DNA of 64,000 bases, taken from sequence record KT895374.1, one strand, 5' to 3'. Below the pieces are notes generated by a model. It had not been told where the DNA came from, did not search any database, and worked only from the letters and a program-made list of their open reading frames with translations. Shown in pieces: positions 1-10,387 of the stretch (the first letter of the stretch is position 1; the number at the start of each line of letters is the position of its first letter). Both the position numbers and the translations under genes were made by a program.

Positions 1-1011
1 TTGACAGGTATGCCAATTAATACTGTAGAAACTTACAACGGCAGAGAAATGAATGTTACTACATATACAGTTCATACTGCTGTTAAAAAACTTTGGGAAG
101 CTAGTGATGCAGGTAAAATTCCTTTACTATTCCTAGATGAAATTAACCGTTCAGATATTGCTGTTCAACAAGAATTGATGCAAGTATTACTTACTAAAGA
201 AATCAACGGAAATCCTCTACCAGAAGAAACAATTATGGTAGCTGCTGGAAACCCAGACAGTGAAGATGATGAAGGTTTGGATTACCAAGTAAATACAATG
301 AACTATGCATTGCGTGATCGTTTTACTGAACTTACTCTTGAAGCAGATCCAGATGAATGGATTAAATGGGGATTGCAGTCTGTAGAAATGGAAATCAACG
401 GTAAGAATCAAAGTACTACAATGATTCACAAAGATATCATTGAGTATATTACTAATCATCCGACAAACTTAATTATTGTTAATGCTGATCAACAAGAAAA
501 GAATCCAACACCACGTTCTTGGGAACGTACCTCTGACGCTCTAAGATATTTTGAAAGTGAAATGAATCTAAACAATGAAGATGATCAAAAAGCATTATTA
601 GCAGTTATTCAGGGTAATATTGGTAGTAATATTGCTAGTGACTTTATTTCATTTAAGCTTAACAATGATCAACCAATGATTGATCCTGCTAGAATCATTG
701 ATAATAAAGATCTTGGTAAGGATGAAAAACTTCTAAAAGAAATTGAAGAAGAAACAATGATGCGTTTAAATCTTCTTTCAAGATATGTCTATATGTATAT
801 TGCTAAAAATTACAACAACTTCAATGATAAAAAATTAGATAACTATATCACATTTTTATCTTTGATCCCATCAGATCTTCTAATGGGTACTATCAGCGAT
901 ATCAAGAAAGATAAGTCAGAAGATGTTCGAAAAATCTTCTCTGAAAAACTAGTAACTAGTGATGAATTCATCAAGTTTGCTGGTGAAATTATTAACAGTG
1001 CTCAAAACTAA
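1..1011 (+). CDS. MoxR-family AAA+ ATPase (5' part outside window)
   Basis: Walker B LLFLDEINRS, AAGNP, ALRDRF and PTPRSWE motifs typical of MoxR/AAA_5 ATPases; Walker A lies upstream of the window; directly followed by a VWA gene. Confidence 0.85.
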   Translation: MTGMPINTVETYNGREMNVTTYTVHTAVKKLWEASDAGKIPLLFLDEINRSDIAVQQELMQVLLTKEINGNPLPEETIMVAAGNPDSEDDEGLDYQVNTMNYALRDRFTELTLEADPDEWIKWGLQSVEMEINGKNQSTTMIHKDIIEYITNHPTNLIIVNADQQEKNPTPRSWERTSDALRYFESEMNLNNEDDQKALLAVIQGNIGSNIASDFISFKLNNDQPMIDPARIIDNKDLGKDEKLLKEIEEETMMRLNLLSRYVYMYIAKNYNNFNDKKLDNYITFLSLIPSDLLMGTISDIKKDKSEDVRKIFSEKLVTSDEFIKFAGEIINSAQN

Positions 1012-1019
1012 ACTAGGAC

Positions 1020-2594
1020 GTGAATAGTTTGAATAAAAACCGAGTAGAAAGTAACGGGACAAGATTAGGTCTATACGAGGAAATAAAAAAGGTATATAAT
1101 CGTAAAGAATTAGTACCAGTGGAAGATTCTATTAAAAACACAAAAGAAATTAATAAGTACTTTTCACTTCTAATTACAAGTCTTATTCTTGAAAATGAAA
1201 ATGGCGAAAATAAATTTTTCGCCTTCTTCATGTCTAATCTAAGAAAAGAAATTGTACATGATCCAAAATTTGCACCTGCCGCAGTAAACTATGATGATCG
1301 AGCTAGAACATTTAATCTCTTTTTAAATCCATATAAAATGTTCTTATTTAGTGAAAAAGAAATTATTGCTGTTTTGATCCATGAATTACTTCATATTGCA
1401 AATAATCATATCTACAGATATCGAATTTTAAATTCTAGTGTAAGTTCAAAAGATATGCATAGAGTGAATATTGCAATGGATTGTGCAATTAACCAGTATA
1501 TTCCAAATTTACCAGACGGATTAATCACGCTAGATTATGTTAAAAAAGTAACTGAAATGCCTGATTTAGAAGCTAAGAGAGAATTTGAATACTACTATGA
1601 AATTCTAAAAGAAAAAGGCAAAGAGCAAGACAAAATGGAACAAGAAATGATGGATCAGTTAAAAGAAAAATTAAAAGAGCAAATGGAAGGAAACGATCAA
1701 GATAGTTCAGGTGAGGGAGAATCATCAGAAAATCAATCAGGTTCTGGACAACAAGGAGATGGATCTGAAGGAGAAAATTCTGAAAATGGTAAAGGATCAG
1801 GTGGTGGAAATCCAAATGAAATTACAGACGATGATGTTGACAGTAATGGTCAATTAAATCAATCAGGTAAAAATAAACGTTTATCTAATAGTCATGATCC
1901 TCATAGTCTTTGGAATGGTAATTCTTCTGAAAAAATGACTGAAAAAGAAATGAATGATATCATTCAAAAAATCTTAGAAGATTCTAGAGACAAAAATAAA
2001 GGGAATACACCATCTAACATTTCAGAAATTATTGCTAGATTGAAAATTCAACCAGAAATTCCGTGGCAAAAAATTCTTAAGAATAAGATTGGTAGCTTAA
2101 AAGTTCCTTATCGTAGGACTAATACAAGAAAAAACCGCAGACAACCACATAGAGCTGATATTCTTGGAAGAATGCCTGATAGGGAATGTAATATTACAGT
2201 AGCTATTGATATGTCAGGTTCAATGTCTGATAAAGAAGTTATGTGGGCATTTGGTGAAATTTTCTCCATTATCTCTGGACGTAAAAGTAAGATCACGGTA
2301 GTCCATTTTGATACTGAAGTTGGAAGTGTTTATCCTATCAAAGATAAACGAGATGTTGTTTTTAAGAGAGATAAAAGCGGTGGTACGTATTTCTCTCCAG
2401 CCATTAAATATATCAATGATAAAATTAAAAATAATGATATCACTATAGTATTTACCGATGGTTATGGAGAAGCTGAATTAGTTGAAAAGCCTAAATCTCA
2501 TGTAATCTGGGTTCTAACAGAAGGAAATCAAGGTGGAGGTTTATCTTTGAATAAACCATATGGTGAAGTTAGAAGCATTAAACCAAAAAAATAA
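1020..2594 (+). CDS. DUF2201-like metallopeptidase + VWA domain protein, MoxR partner
   Basis: HELLH (HExxH) then NIAMDCAIN; acidic G/S/N/Q-rich linker; C-terminal MIDAS DMSGS...GGT...VFTDG. Confidence 0.85.
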   Translation: MNSLNKNRVESNGTRLGLYEEIKKVYNRKELVPVEDSIKNTKEINKYFSLLITSLILENENGENKFFAFFMSNLRKEIVHDPKFAPAAVNYDDRARTFNLFLNPYKMFLFSEKEIIAVLIHELLHIANNHIYRYRILNSSVSSKDMHRVNIAMDCAINQYIPNLPDGLITLDYVKKVTEMPDLEAKREFEYYYEILKEKGKEQDKMEQEMMDQLKEKLKEQMEGNDQDSSGEGESSENQSGSGQQGDGSEGENSENGKGSGGGNPNEITDDDVDSNGQLNQSGKNKRLSNSHDPHSLWNGNSSEKMTEKEMNDIIQKILEDSRDKNKGNTPSNISEIIARLKIQPEIPWQKILKNKIGSLKVPYRRTNTRKNRRQPHRADILGRMPDRECNITVAIDMSGSMSDKEVMWAFGEIFSIISGRKSKITVVHFDTEVGSVYPIKDKRDVVFKRDKSGGTYFSPAIKYINDKIKNNDITIVFTDGYGEAELVEKPKSHVIWVLTEGNQGGGLSLNKPYGEVRSIKPKK

Positions 2595-2619
2595 GGACTT
2601 AATTGTCCTTATTTTTTTA
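2591..2619 (+). terminator. intrinsic terminator
   Basis: ATAAGGAC-ttaatt-GTCCTTAT hairpin followed by T-run. Confidence 0.8.
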
Positions 2620-2670
2620 TAAAAAATCAATTTAGGAGTTTAAAAAAGATGAAGTTGATTTTGGTTAATT

Positions 2671-3132
2671 ATGGAGGAATTATTAATGAAAAATTTTGAC
2701 AAGTATTCCGTTTTATATGATAATGAATTCCTTAAAATTATGGCTAAAGCAAAGGAAAGATCTGAAGAAGAAGATCAATTATTTATGCCATACTATCCAC
2801 CTGCAGATTTTGTTTTAACATTAATAGAAAAAGACGACCAGTATGATTTTTTAAAAGATTGGTTTTCAAAAGTTCCTGAAGTACATCATAAATTAATGGG
2901 TAATGGAATTATTGATATTCTAACAGATTTACAAATACAAGATGAGGATATTTTGAACACTAAAGGTAAAATTGATGAAAGAATATTTCATTATCTAGAA
3001 AGTATGGGTATTGATGATTTATGGGAGAGGCTTTCAAGTGGCTATGTTCATATGGACAAAGAATTTGCATTGACATATGAAGAATTCCTAGACTTATCAA
3101 TAGTTAATGATGTATTTGATATTAGCATTTAA
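2671..3132 (+). CDS. hypothetical acidic protein
   Basis: 153-aa ORF on coding strand; no recognised motif. Confidence 0.6.
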   Translation: MEELLMKNFDKYSVLYDNEFLKIMAKAKERSEEEDQLFMPYYPPADFVLTLIEKDDQYDFLKDWFSKVPEVHHKLMGNGIIDILTDLQIQDEDILNTKGKIDERIFHYLESMGIDDLWERLSSGYVHMDKEFALTYEEFLDLSIVNDVFDISI

Positions 3133-3164
3133 ATTATAAAAAATAAACTATTGGGGGAAATAAA

Positions 3165-3791
3165 ATGTCTGTAAAATTTAAACTTGGTGAAAATGTAATT
3201 GAATATGGAGATTGGACTAAACATCACAAAAAAATACCAATCCTAATTAAAAGCGAGTATTCTAATGGAAATGTTACTTGGTATTATAAGAATAATGAAG
3301 AACTGGAAAAATTTAATGATAAATTTATTACTAATCATGAAAAAGTATTTTATGAAGTTGGCAATAAGATTGAAGTGGATAACGTTAAAAATTTTTACTT
3401 ATCTATAAAAAATGCAGATTATAAAGGAAATAGGCTAAATAATTATACACCATGTGCATCAAATACCAAACAAGAAATCTTTATTAAATTGAAATTTTTA
3501 ATTGAAGATGATGTCCTTTATCTGGATTACAATTATAAAACTTCTGGAAACTATGCTACGTCATTTTATGATATGAATAACGTAGAAGATATTATTGAAA
3601 ATATTCTTGAGAAAGGACTATCAATTGAAGATGTAGGAATTCAAGATTTAGGAGATGGAATGTATAAGGTCAATGTGGTAAACCCTAAATCTGGTCCAAG
3701 CCAATATGAAATTGAAAAAGATGATCTCTTAAAATATTTTGTTGGAATTGAAATGTATAATTATGAAATGGACTATATCGATGAAAAATAA
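3165..3791 (+). CDS. hypothetical protein
   Basis: 208-aa ORF with GGGGG SD. Confidence 0.65.
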   Translation: MSVKFKLGENVIEYGDWTKHHKKIPILIKSEYSNGNVTWYYKNNEELEKFNDKFITNHEKVFYEVGNKIEVDNVKNFYLSIKNADYKGNRLNNYTPCASNTKQEIFIKLKFLIEDDVLYLDYNYKTSGNYATSFYDMNNVEDIIENILEKGLSIEDVGIQDLGDGMYKVNVVNPKSGPSQYEIEKDDLLKYFVGIEMYNYEMDYIDEK

Positions 3792-3803
3792 AGGAAGCAA
3801 AAT

Positions 3804-4061
3804 ATGGAATTAACAAAACTGTATATTTTAGAAGAATGTCTACCAAAAATCAATAATGAAACTAAAAAGGTTGATCTATTAAATTATGAAGGTGTAAGAG
3901 ATATTGGAGCATCTAATGTGAAGTTACATTCAGATGATGTTGCCGTTTTAGTTGATATTTCAAAAGCTAGTGAGATAGATGAGTCATATGAAAATAATCA
4001 ACCAGTTACATTCTATTGGTTTAGAGACGGAACTGAAATTCACCTTAGTGATAAAAAATAA
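3804..4061 (+). CDS. hypothetical protein
   Basis: 85-aa ORF with AAGGA SD, followed by terminator. Confidence 0.6.
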   Translation: MELTKLYILEECLPKINNETKKVDLLNYEGVRDIGASNVKLHSDDVAVLVDISKASEIDESYENNQPVTFYWFRDGTEIHLSDKK

Positions 4062-4063
4062 AT

Positions 4064-4103
4064 AAAAAGATTTGTCTAATAATTATTAGACAAATCTTTT
4101 TTT
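4064..4103 (+). terminator. intrinsic terminator
   Basis: AAAAAGATTTGTCTAAT-aatt-ATTAGACAAATCTTTTT perfect inverted repeat. Confidence 0.85.
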
Positions 4104-4128
4104 ATAAAAATATTATAGGGGGTCTAAT

Positions 4129-5385
4129 ATGATTAAGTTATTTAATTTAAATAGAATCGGCTTAAGAAAATCTTTTAATAATAATTCTTTAAAAGTTAAA
4201 AAAAGCTTTCTAAAAAAATTTAAAATTATAAATGAAAATAATAGTATAGATCTAATAAAGGATTCATTGTTTAAGATAATGTTAGAAAATAATAGTACAT
4301 ATTTAATACATCATAGCAATAGATTTAATACTATATTAGATGATAATGAAGAATTTCAAAATTATCTAAAAAATAATAACTTCCTAGATCAGTTAAATAG
4401 TACTATTAAGTGTAATAATATATTTTCTATTAATCAAGATACAATAGTTGTAAATATAGATTTTTATATAGAATTAATAATAAATCTAGAATATTTATCA
4501 GATGATACTTTTCTTTCATATGAAAGAGAAAATTCCTTTCAAAGATTAATGAATAGTTTAAAAATTAGAACAAATAATAACTGTCTATTAATTGAGATTT
4601 TAAATTTTTATATTTTTCATGAAATAATTAAAAAATTAATAGACAGTAATTTTAAACTAAATATCGTATCTCTTAATAGGAAAGAATTATTTTTAAGATA
4701 TAATAAATTAATTCTTAGAAAGGATTTATCTGTATTACCATTAAGTAATTTAGTAGATAATTTTGAAAAGTTTGAAGACATGGTAATCAATTATTATCAA
4801 AAGGAAAATAATAATTATGAAATTCAATCAGAATGGGCATTTAAGTTAGAGGAATTTCCTCTAAAGAGTATATACAGCATTAATAGTTTATTTTCAGAGG
4901 TTGCATTTAAATCTCTTAAAGGGAACTATGTAAATCTGTCGAATGATCCATTAATTAAAAATGAATCTGGAATAGAAAAATTTTATCAAAAAATAATTGA
5001 ATCTTTTAAAGAGAGATTATATAATGATGAAATTTACTTTAATAATTCACAAGAAAATGTTTGTCTTCTAAGTTTGATCCATCAATTAGGTACTCATAGT
5101 AAGTCTACAATAGGATATAAAGTAATTGACACTGATAAAGATCTATTTAAGCTTTATTTCTTTAGAACTCTGTTTATGTTTACAATGGAAATGATCTCTT
5201 ATTTTGAAGAAAATAATAGATTAGATAAACTTGATCTAGTAGAGAGAGCTTTAGCTAATGAATATTTTAAATCTTTTATCCAGTATGAAAAGTTTCAAGA
5301 CATTTTTGAAAAAAATAAAAGATTTGAAAACAGTTTTGATAGAGTTAAAAAATATAGAATAGTTAATAAATTAGAAGAAATATAA
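4129..5385 (+). CDS. hypothetical protein, C-tail group 1 (ends RIVNKLEEI)
   Basis: 418-aa N/I/K/F-rich ORF with GGGGG SD. Confidence 0.65.
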   Translation: MIKLFNLNRIGLRKSFNNNSLKVKKSFLKKFKIINENNSIDLIKDSLFKIMLENNSTYLIHHSNRFNTILDDNEEFQNYLKNNNFLDQLNSTIKCNNIFSINQDTIVVNIDFYIELIINLEYLSDDTFLSYERENSFQRLMNSLKIRTNNNCLLIEILNFYIFHEIIKKLIDSNFKLNIVSLNRKELFLRYNKLILRKDLSVLPLSNLVDNFEKFEDMVINYYQKENNNYEIQSEWAFKLEEFPLKSIYSINSLFSEVAFKSLKGNYVNLSNDPLIKNESGIEKFYQKIIESFKERLYNDEIYFNNSQENVCLLSLIHQLGTHSKSTIGYKVIDTDKDLFKLYFFRTLFMFTMEMISYFEENNRLDKLDLVERALANEYFKSFIQYEKFQDIFEKNKRFENSFDRVKKYRIVNKLEEI

Positions 5386-5441
5386 ATAGTAGAAGCTTAT
5401 ACAGTTCTATTATTTTTTTTTTATTTAAAATGAATTTTATC

Positions 5442-5453
5442 TATATATTATTA
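5442..5453 (+). promoter_or_regulatory. putative early promoter motif (ATATATTAT)
   Basis: TATATATTATTA between a terminator and the start of an accessory array; motif recurs at 11568, 15003, 23676, 27353, 39514, 43780, 58624 and 45147 (minus). Confidence 0.55.
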
Positions 5454-5483
5454 AATAGATTGAATGATTGAGGTGATATAATT

Positions 5484-6566
5484 ATGAAAGGAATAGAGAT
5501 AATAGATAATAGTGTTTTAATAAATGATAATTTTATTGATTACCATTTTTTGAATAATTACAATATTATAAGGGATGATATTATATGTAGATCAAAAGAG
5601 ATAGATATTTACAATGAAGAGAATATAAAAAAATATCCCTTATTAAATGTTGAGGTATCAGATATAAAGGATATTTTTAATAAAACTAACCATAAATACA
5701 AATTTGTATTTATGAAGGATGGTGTTTGTTATTTCAATTTAGACTTTTTTGATGGATTTCACATAAATATAAGAAGTGAAATATCTATACATTTGCCAAA
5801 CAGAGGTAATATTCATCGTGTATTAATAGCTTACAAACAATTATACTTATTAATCTTTGTTAATATAATTGAAGAAATGGAAAAAAGTAATATTGATTAT
5901 AATATTACTTTAGTGGGGAAAGATAATAATTTCTTAGTAAGGGAAACAGGTCACTATCAACTATGCATGTTCTATAATTTTATTAAACAACCAATGAGAA
6001 AACTAGTAAAGAAATATTATAAGGATAAAAATCGTAATAAATATGGTTTAAATCATCCTGAAATTGATTTTTTAGATTTTTCAATATTAACTTTAAATAA
6101 TTATACTCATGTTAGTAAAAAAGTAGAATACCTATTTGATATCTATAAAATATCAAATATTGATGAATACATGACAAATAATATCGCAATAGATAAATTT
6201 TTTGATGAGATATTAGAGGATTTAAAGAAAAGACTAGACTTAAATTTGCTGGATTTTGAAAAAGTATATGAAGAATATAAATTGGGAAGTATATTATTTA
6301 ATAATTCAAAACTAATAGCTCATCAAAAAGTTCATTCTTGGGATGTTCGAGACGCTTATGATAGAACTATTGTAAAAGGACTTCTACTATTGATTGAGTA
6401 TTATGAGAAGAATAGAAATCAAAAAGTTGTTGATAGGATTTATGAAATATTAGGTAATGATAGAATTTGGGAGAGTCTTAGTATTGATATAAATAACATA
6501 ATTCATAAAAAAAATTTAAAAAAGGTTGAAAAATTTAGAACCATAAATAAAATGAGGGATCTATAA
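5484..6566 (+). CDS. hypothetical protein, C-tail group 1 (ends RTINKMRDL)
   Basis: 360-aa ORF, GAGGTG SD. Confidence 0.65.
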   Translation: MKGIEIIDNSVLINDNFIDYHFLNNYNIIRDDIICRSKEIDIYNEENIKKYPLLNVEVSDIKDIFNKTNHKYKFVFMKDGVCYFNLDFFDGFHINIRSEISIHLPNRGNIHRVLIAYKQLYLLIFVNIIEEMEKSNIDYNITLVGKDNNFLVRETGHYQLCMFYNFIKQPMRKLVKKYYKDKNRNKYGLNHPEIDFLDFSILTLNNYTHVSKKVEYLFDIYKISNIDEYMTNNIAIDKFFDEILEDLKKRLDLNLLDFEKVYEEYKLGSILFNNSKLIAHQKVHSWDVRDAYDRTIVKGLLLLIEYYEKNRNQKVVDRIYEILGNDRIWESLSIDINNIIHKKNLKKVEKFRTINKMRDL

Positions 6567-7603
6567 TGAATGGCATCTTTATTAACGATGGTATTTTATC
6601 TATTGATGAAAATTGCATTCTTCCAGAAAATAAAAGAAAATTGAATGCAATATTAAAAATTGAGGGATACGAAAGTCTAACCTATGAAGTTAAAGAATTT
6701 AATGAAAACAATAAAAAGTCCAATTATATCACTCTTAAAGATGATAGGTTTATTATATCTTTTCACTATATACATTTTATAGTAAATAAAATAAGTTTAA
6801 GAAGAAGAGATATTCTTAAAGATATAGAAATTCTTCTCAATCTAAATATTTTATCATGTATTAAAGAGCTGGCAAAAAAGAAAATTATTATAGATTACCA
6901 TCAATATACGCCATCAGATATTGTATTAAATGCAAAGACAATAAACTTACTAGATAGTACTTTTGATTGGTTAAAGTATACTATCATTAATGATTATACT
7001 ATTGAAAATATTCAAAAAAGAAATAAAAAAATATTTAGTTGTAGCAAATATATTGATCTGGATTTGTACCGACATGATATAGATATTAGAGAAATTGATT
7101 TAGTAAGTAAAGACCTTGAATTTTTATATAAAGATCATAATTTATTAAATTATAGTATGGCTACTAAGGGTTATGATCTTAATGATAAGTTTTATATACA
7201 TCTAGAAAATTTAATTGAGGATCATAGAAAAAGAATAGAATTTGATGAGGAAATTTATAAATTTTCAACAAGTTACGGTTTTGATTTATTTCTTTATAAA
7301 AATGATAAGTTCTCTATAGCTTCAATTTATAATACAATAATACGAAATAATCATAATCTAGGAGATTTTCTTAAAAATATTATAAGAATATTATTAGGTG
7401 GATATCTAGAAAATATCATAGAATTTCATATAAAGAGAGATAGTTTAGATTTAATGGATGAAACAATTGAAAGATTAGTAGAATTAGAAAATTATGATAG
7501 TGAGAAATTACTTAATCTAGAAAAATATAATATTGATTTATATAAAGATTTTAATGTAATTTTAAATAAAAAAAGAACTATTAGAAATCTAAATAATCTT
7601 TAA
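6566..7603 (+). CDS. hypothetical protein, C-tail group 1 (ends RTIRNLNNL)
   Basis: 345-aa ORF, TAATG coupling; N-terminus MNGIFINDGILSIDEN resembles MKGIEIIDNSVLINDN of the preceding gene. Confidence 0.65.
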   Translation: MNGIFINDGILSIDENCILPENKRKLNAILKIEGYESLTYEVKEFNENNKKSNYITLKDDRFIISFHYIHFIVNKISLRRRDILKDIEILLNLNILSCIKELAKKKIIIDYHQYTPSDIVLNAKTINLLDSTFDWLKYTIINDYTIENIQKRNKKIFSCSKYIDLDLYRHDIDIREIDLVSKDLEFLYKDHNLLNYSMATKGYDLNDKFYIHLENLIEDHRKRIEFDEEIYKFSTSYGFDLFLYKNDKFSIASIYNTIIRNNHNLGDFLKNIIRILLGGYLENIIEFHIKRDSLDLMDETIERLVELENYDSEKLLNLEKYNIDLYKDFNVILNKKRTIRNLNNL

Positions 7604-7615
7604 GGAGATAAAAAT

Positions 7616-8938
7616 TTGAATAATATCTATAGCATTTTAATAAAAGAGGGATTTGGGATAAATTCTTTAAATGAAATTTACATTAATGATTTAGATAGTC
7701 TTCCATATATTGAAGATACTGAGCCAGTTAATGCATTGAAATATAATATCTATATAAATTTAAGAATATTAGAAAGTTTATTAAGAAATAGAAACCATAA
7801 TGATTGTTTAGAAATATTAAACGGTTCAAACACAATCTTTAAATTTGAAGATAATAAAATGGAATTTTTGATGGAAAATGTTTTCATTTTTAAAATTGAA
7901 GAAGAAAAGATTAAAGTGAATCTATTAAATTTAAGTCCTGATGAATTATCATCTGTTGATTTCGATATTAGAGCAAACTTTGTTAGAGTATTTAAAGAAC
8001 TTATTGGTGGTATGATTACCTACACTATTGCGATATTACATCAAATTGAAGAAATATACAATATACGATTAAAATTTGAATTATCTATTAATTCGCTTAA
8101 TCCATCTGATTTTCATAAATATTTTGCTAAATTATTTAATGTAGAAGGAGATATACCGTCATTATATAGAAATGATAAGTATGTAAAATATTCTTTAAAA
8201 ACCTTATCATTACTATATGATAAAAAGAAGTTTTCTAACTACTATCAAGATAGAAGTAATTCCAAAAAAGGTTATGGTATGTTTATACCTAAGAAAGAAT
8301 TAGGTTTAGAGTTGAAAAAACCGTATATGGATATCTTATATGCAAATGCCCAACAAACTAGTGATCAATTTATAAGATATATGAATAATGATTATATTAT
8401 GGAATCTTTGAAATATAATAGAAACTTATATAGTCGAAAAAATATAAAAGATTATTTTCAAAATTATATTGACGATTTAGAGGAAAGAATAAAATCTTTT
8501 GGCATTAAAGGCATAATAACTACTAAGAAAGGAACTCTTCCTAATAATTCTATTATTAAACTTTTACAAAGTTTTAATAATTATATAAAATTAAACAATC
8601 TAAATTATAATAATTTTTATAATGTAGACCATCATTCAGGATTTTATTCCCCACATGAGGGTGAAAAAGAATTTTTAACTGTTAGTTTATATGACTATTT
8701 TCAACTAGAATATCGAAAAGTTATATTTAAAACAATGTTAATTGTTTTAAAAGAACTAAATAAAGAAAAACTCTCTAATTATTCGATAAACTTAGAGAAA
8801 TATTTTCTATTTGCTCGTACACGATCAAATATCATAAAAAATGATTATGAAAGATTATTTTTAAAAGATCCTAAATTTAAAGAGAATATAGAAAATATTA
8901 ACAAACTAATAATTACAAATAAACTGAAAGAGTTATAG
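7616..8938 (+). CDS. hypothetical protein, C-tail group 1 (ends IITNKLKEL)
   Basis: 440-aa ORF, AAGGAG SD, TTG start. Confidence 0.65.
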   Translation: MNNIYSILIKEGFGINSLNEIYINDLDSLPYIEDTEPVNALKYNIYINLRILESLLRNRNHNDCLEILNGSNTIFKFEDNKMEFLMENVFIFKIEEEKIKVNLLNLSPDELSSVDFDIRANFVRVFKELIGGMITYTIAILHQIEEIYNIRLKFELSINSLNPSDFHKYFAKLFNVEGDIPSLYRNDKYVKYSLKTLSLLYDKKKFSNYYQDRSNSKKGYGMFIPKKELGLELKKPYMDILYANAQQTSDQFIRYMNNDYIMESLKYNRNLYSRKNIKDYFQNYIDDLEERIKSFGIKGIITTKKGTLPNNSIIKLLQSFNNYIKLNNLNYNNFYNVDHHSGFYSPHEGEKEFLTVSLYDYFQLEYRKVIFKTMLIVLKELNKEKLSNYSINLEKYFLFARTRSNIIKNDYERLFLKDPKFKENIENINKLIITNKLKEL

Positions 8939-8948
8939 GTGATATTAG

Positions 8949-9248
8949 ATGTTAATATTTAAAAACTTTGATCGATCAGATATTTTAAACTATAGTAAAG
9001 AAAATATTCAAAAATACGGTGATATATTCTATATTCTAGAAGAATCTATAAGTCATGATTTTGCCACATTTGCTATTGGTTTAATAGAAGATATATTAGA
9101 TAATGTAGAGCTAAATGAGTTACCAATAGAAAATATAGATAAAGATACAGTGCTGTATAAATATAATCTCACAGGTAATACAAATGTTTCAGACAATATT
9201 AATATAAAAACGTATATAAAATTAAAGGATGGTATAAATAATGAATAG
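8949..9248 (+). CDS. hypothetical protein
   Basis: 99-aa ORF, AGGTG SD. Confidence 0.55.
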   Translation: MLIFKNFDRSDILNYSKENIQKYGDIFYILEESISHDFATFAIGLIEDILDNVELNELPIENIDKDTVLYKYNLTGNTNVSDNINIKTYIKLKDGINNE

Positions 9249-10038
9249 AAAAAAATTATTAACTTTAGTATTAATTTTAGCTTTAGTAGTGACATCTTCT
9301 TTATTATTTAACAGTAAAGTAAAAGAATTAAATAGTGAAATCGTTACAAAGGAAAACACTATTAAAAATTATAAGAAAAAGTTAAAAAATATTAAGAATG
9401 ATGGAGATACTGTAAAGAAAAATAATAAAGAATTGAAGAAAGATATCAATACTTTAAAAGAAAATAATAAAAAACTAGTTAAAAAATTAGAACAATCTAA
9501 AATTGAAAATAATCTTCTACGGAAAGAAATTGACAAATTAAAAAATAAAGAAAAATTAAAACAGATTAAAGCATTTAAACAAGAAAAAGTAGAAACTAAG
9601 GTAAGTTGGAATCCTAATAATGTGACACAAAAATCAAACTTAGAGCCTAAATCTTTGGAGCAGTTCTTAAACAAGACTGCTTTAAAAGATTTAGGTTCTT
9701 CTTTTGTTCAAGCAGAAGAAACTTATGGAGTTAATGCAATCTTTTTAACATCTATTGTAGCTGAAGAAAGTGGCTGGGGTACATCTAATAGAGCTGTAAA
9801 TGATAATAATTTAACAGGTTATGCGGTATATAATGATTCTAGTGCAGGAAAGAAATTTTCTAGCAAACATGACAGCGTTATTTCCACAGCCAAACTTTTA
9901 AAAGAAAATTATATTAATGAAGGAAGAAAAGATATTAGATCAATTAATAAAAAATATACACCAGTAAATGGTTATAGTTGGTCTAATAATATTCAAACAA
10001 TTGGTAATAAAATCGAAAATGAAATTAATAAGTATTAG
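9241..10038 (+). CDS. membrane-anchored or secreted coiled-coil glucosaminidase (peptidoglycan hydrolase)
   Basis: N-terminal basic + hydrophobic signal, long K/E/N coiled coil, C-terminal AEETYGVNAIFLTSIVAEESGWGTS...NNLTG motif of the Glucosaminidase family. Confidence 0.8.
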   Translation: MNRKKLLTLVLILALVVTSSLLFNSKVKELNSEIVTKENTIKNYKKKLKNIKNDGDTVKKNNKELKKDINTLKENNKKLVKKLEQSKIENNLLRKEIDKLKNKEKLKQIKAFKQEKVETKVSWNPNNVTQKSNLEPKSLEQFLNKTALKDLGSSFVQAEETYGVNAIFLTSIVAEESGWGTSNRAVNDNNLTGYAVYNDSSAGKKFSSKHDSVISTAKLLKENYINEGRKDIRSINKKYTPVNGYSWSNNIQTIGNKIENEINKY

Positions 10039-10051
10039 GGGGTAATGTATA

Positions 10052-10363
10052 TTGTTTAATCTTAAGAAACCATGTAAAGATTGTCCATTTGTTAAAGGAA
10101 GTTCTACAAATACAACATTAATAGAAGGTAGACTGGATGGAATTAAATATGATCTTTTAAACAATCATACTTTTAGTTGTCATAAGACTGTTGATTATGA
10201 CAAAAATAATAAGAATAATGAACAACACTGTGTAGGAGCTATGTTATACTTGTATAAGGAGAATCGTCCTAACCAAATGATGAGAGTCGGTGAAAGATTA
10301 GGGTTTTTAGATGAAGATGAATTATTAGAGGGTTCTAAAGATACAGAGCTAGATTTAGATTAA
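10052..10363 (+). CDS. small Cys-rich putative Zn-binding protein
   Basis: PCKDCPF...FSCHKT...HCVGA motif pattern. Confidence 0.6.
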   Translation: MFNLKKPCKDCPFVKGSSTNTTLIEGRLDGIKYDLLNNHTFSCHKTVDYDKNNKNNEQHCVGAMLYLYKENRPNQMMRVGERLGFLDEDELLEGSKDTELDLD

Positions 10364-10387
10364 TAAATAAAAGGGGAATATAATCTA

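Noticed and set aside
1660-1930. G/S/N/Q/E-rich low-complexity stretch as collagen-like or separate repeat element
   Set aside because: No Gly-X-Y periodicity; it is a disordered linker between the peptidase and VWA domains
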